A stretch of DNA of 63,661 nt, counting the filler, from Circinaria calcarea (Eukaryota): assembly GCA_051942165.1 (NCBI GenBank). It is 7 parts of 7 records of this genome, joined end to end, with 100 filler letters (N's around TTAATTAATTAA, not from the genome) between each part and the next. Parts side by side here need not be neighbours in the genome. Positions count along the whole stretch, not along the records: positions 54,672 to 63,661 come from JAVECS010001008.1; 6 more parts are not named here. One strand, written 5' to 3'. The notes under the pieces were generated by a model. It saw only the letters and a program-made list of their open reading frames with translations, did no database searches and was not told where the DNA came from. Position 1 is the stretch's first letter; every line of letters begins with the position of its first letter. A program made the position numbers and the translations under genes. Below are positions 63,126 to 63,661 of this stretch, piece after piece.

Positions 63126-63661
63126 TTATTCCTGATCTGAGCACCTTACTACGTCTACCGTATATCGGTACGCCTTGATTAGTCCTCCAAGGTGAGCGCT
63201 GGCTGCAAGGACAACAAACACATGAAATATCTGATGCGAGCTCCCCCAGACGTCAAACGTTCCCGGCTGCCACCTTTCTGGTATTCGAGCCTATTTATGG
63301 TCAGCCTCGGTTTCCTGTACGATTGCTCAAACTTTATGGTATTCGATTGAGAATCTCTTCCTGACTGGCCCAACATACAGCATAGATAGCCGCTCCTAGG
63401 ATATACATCAGTCCTTGTGCCACCACCCATGGAAGTCCAATTTGCTTATTCATCTGCTCGACCCCATAAAGCTTCAAGCCATGAAGGACTGGAAAGACGG
63501 CCGATAAACCCATGGTAACAAACATAGCAGCTCGGAAGGGACGCCATACTGGGGACCGGAATTTAGGGGTGACAGAAATGGTAGTACAGGCAAATCCTAT
63601 ACTAGAAATCTATGCGATAGATGTCGCGGATCAGATGATTGAAGAGCATTCAAGGGGAGTT
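63126..63661 (-). CDS. PAQR / hemolysin-III (Izh-like) membrane protein, 3' part
   Basis: [28 protein letters not shown] / intron / [23 protein letters not shown]. Confidence 0.9.

Overview
Intron-containing DNA from a filamentous ascomycete (Pezizomycotina; a lichen-forming lineage is a guess). The window is not a true scaffold. It is seven ~9 kb contigs (9030, 9022, 9020, 9016, 8993, 8990, 8990 bp, non-increasing in length) joined by identical 100-nt N/TTAATTAATTAA linkers, so only within-contig adjacency is meaningful. Contig 1: housekeeping genes (RIX7, VPS20, PITH protein, DHX35-like helicase, CUE5-like). Contig 2: decayed ORFs plus an FtsJ-like methyltransferase. Contig 3: an arsenic cluster (disrupted ACR3, intact ACR2-type reductase, MFS transporter, intact ArsM, BVMO) next to LTR and MITE relics. 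Contig 4: C2H2/TPR protein, PTH11-like receptor, a ~1.4 kb structured non-coding region that looks like telomerase RNA, an RBM5/10-like gene and the molybdopterin synthase large subunit. Contig 5: CorA-like-domain gene (possibly decaying) and a solo LTR. Contig 6: hemerythrin-like gene, P450 and bifunctional CPS/KS diterpene synthase, then POL31. Contig 7: VPS35, secreted proteins and a PAQR gene. Best leads: the candidate telomerase RNA, the methylation-centred arsenic cluster that has lost its arsenite pump, and the diterpene mini-cluster beside POL31. Gene models were assembled by eye and boundaries are approximate.
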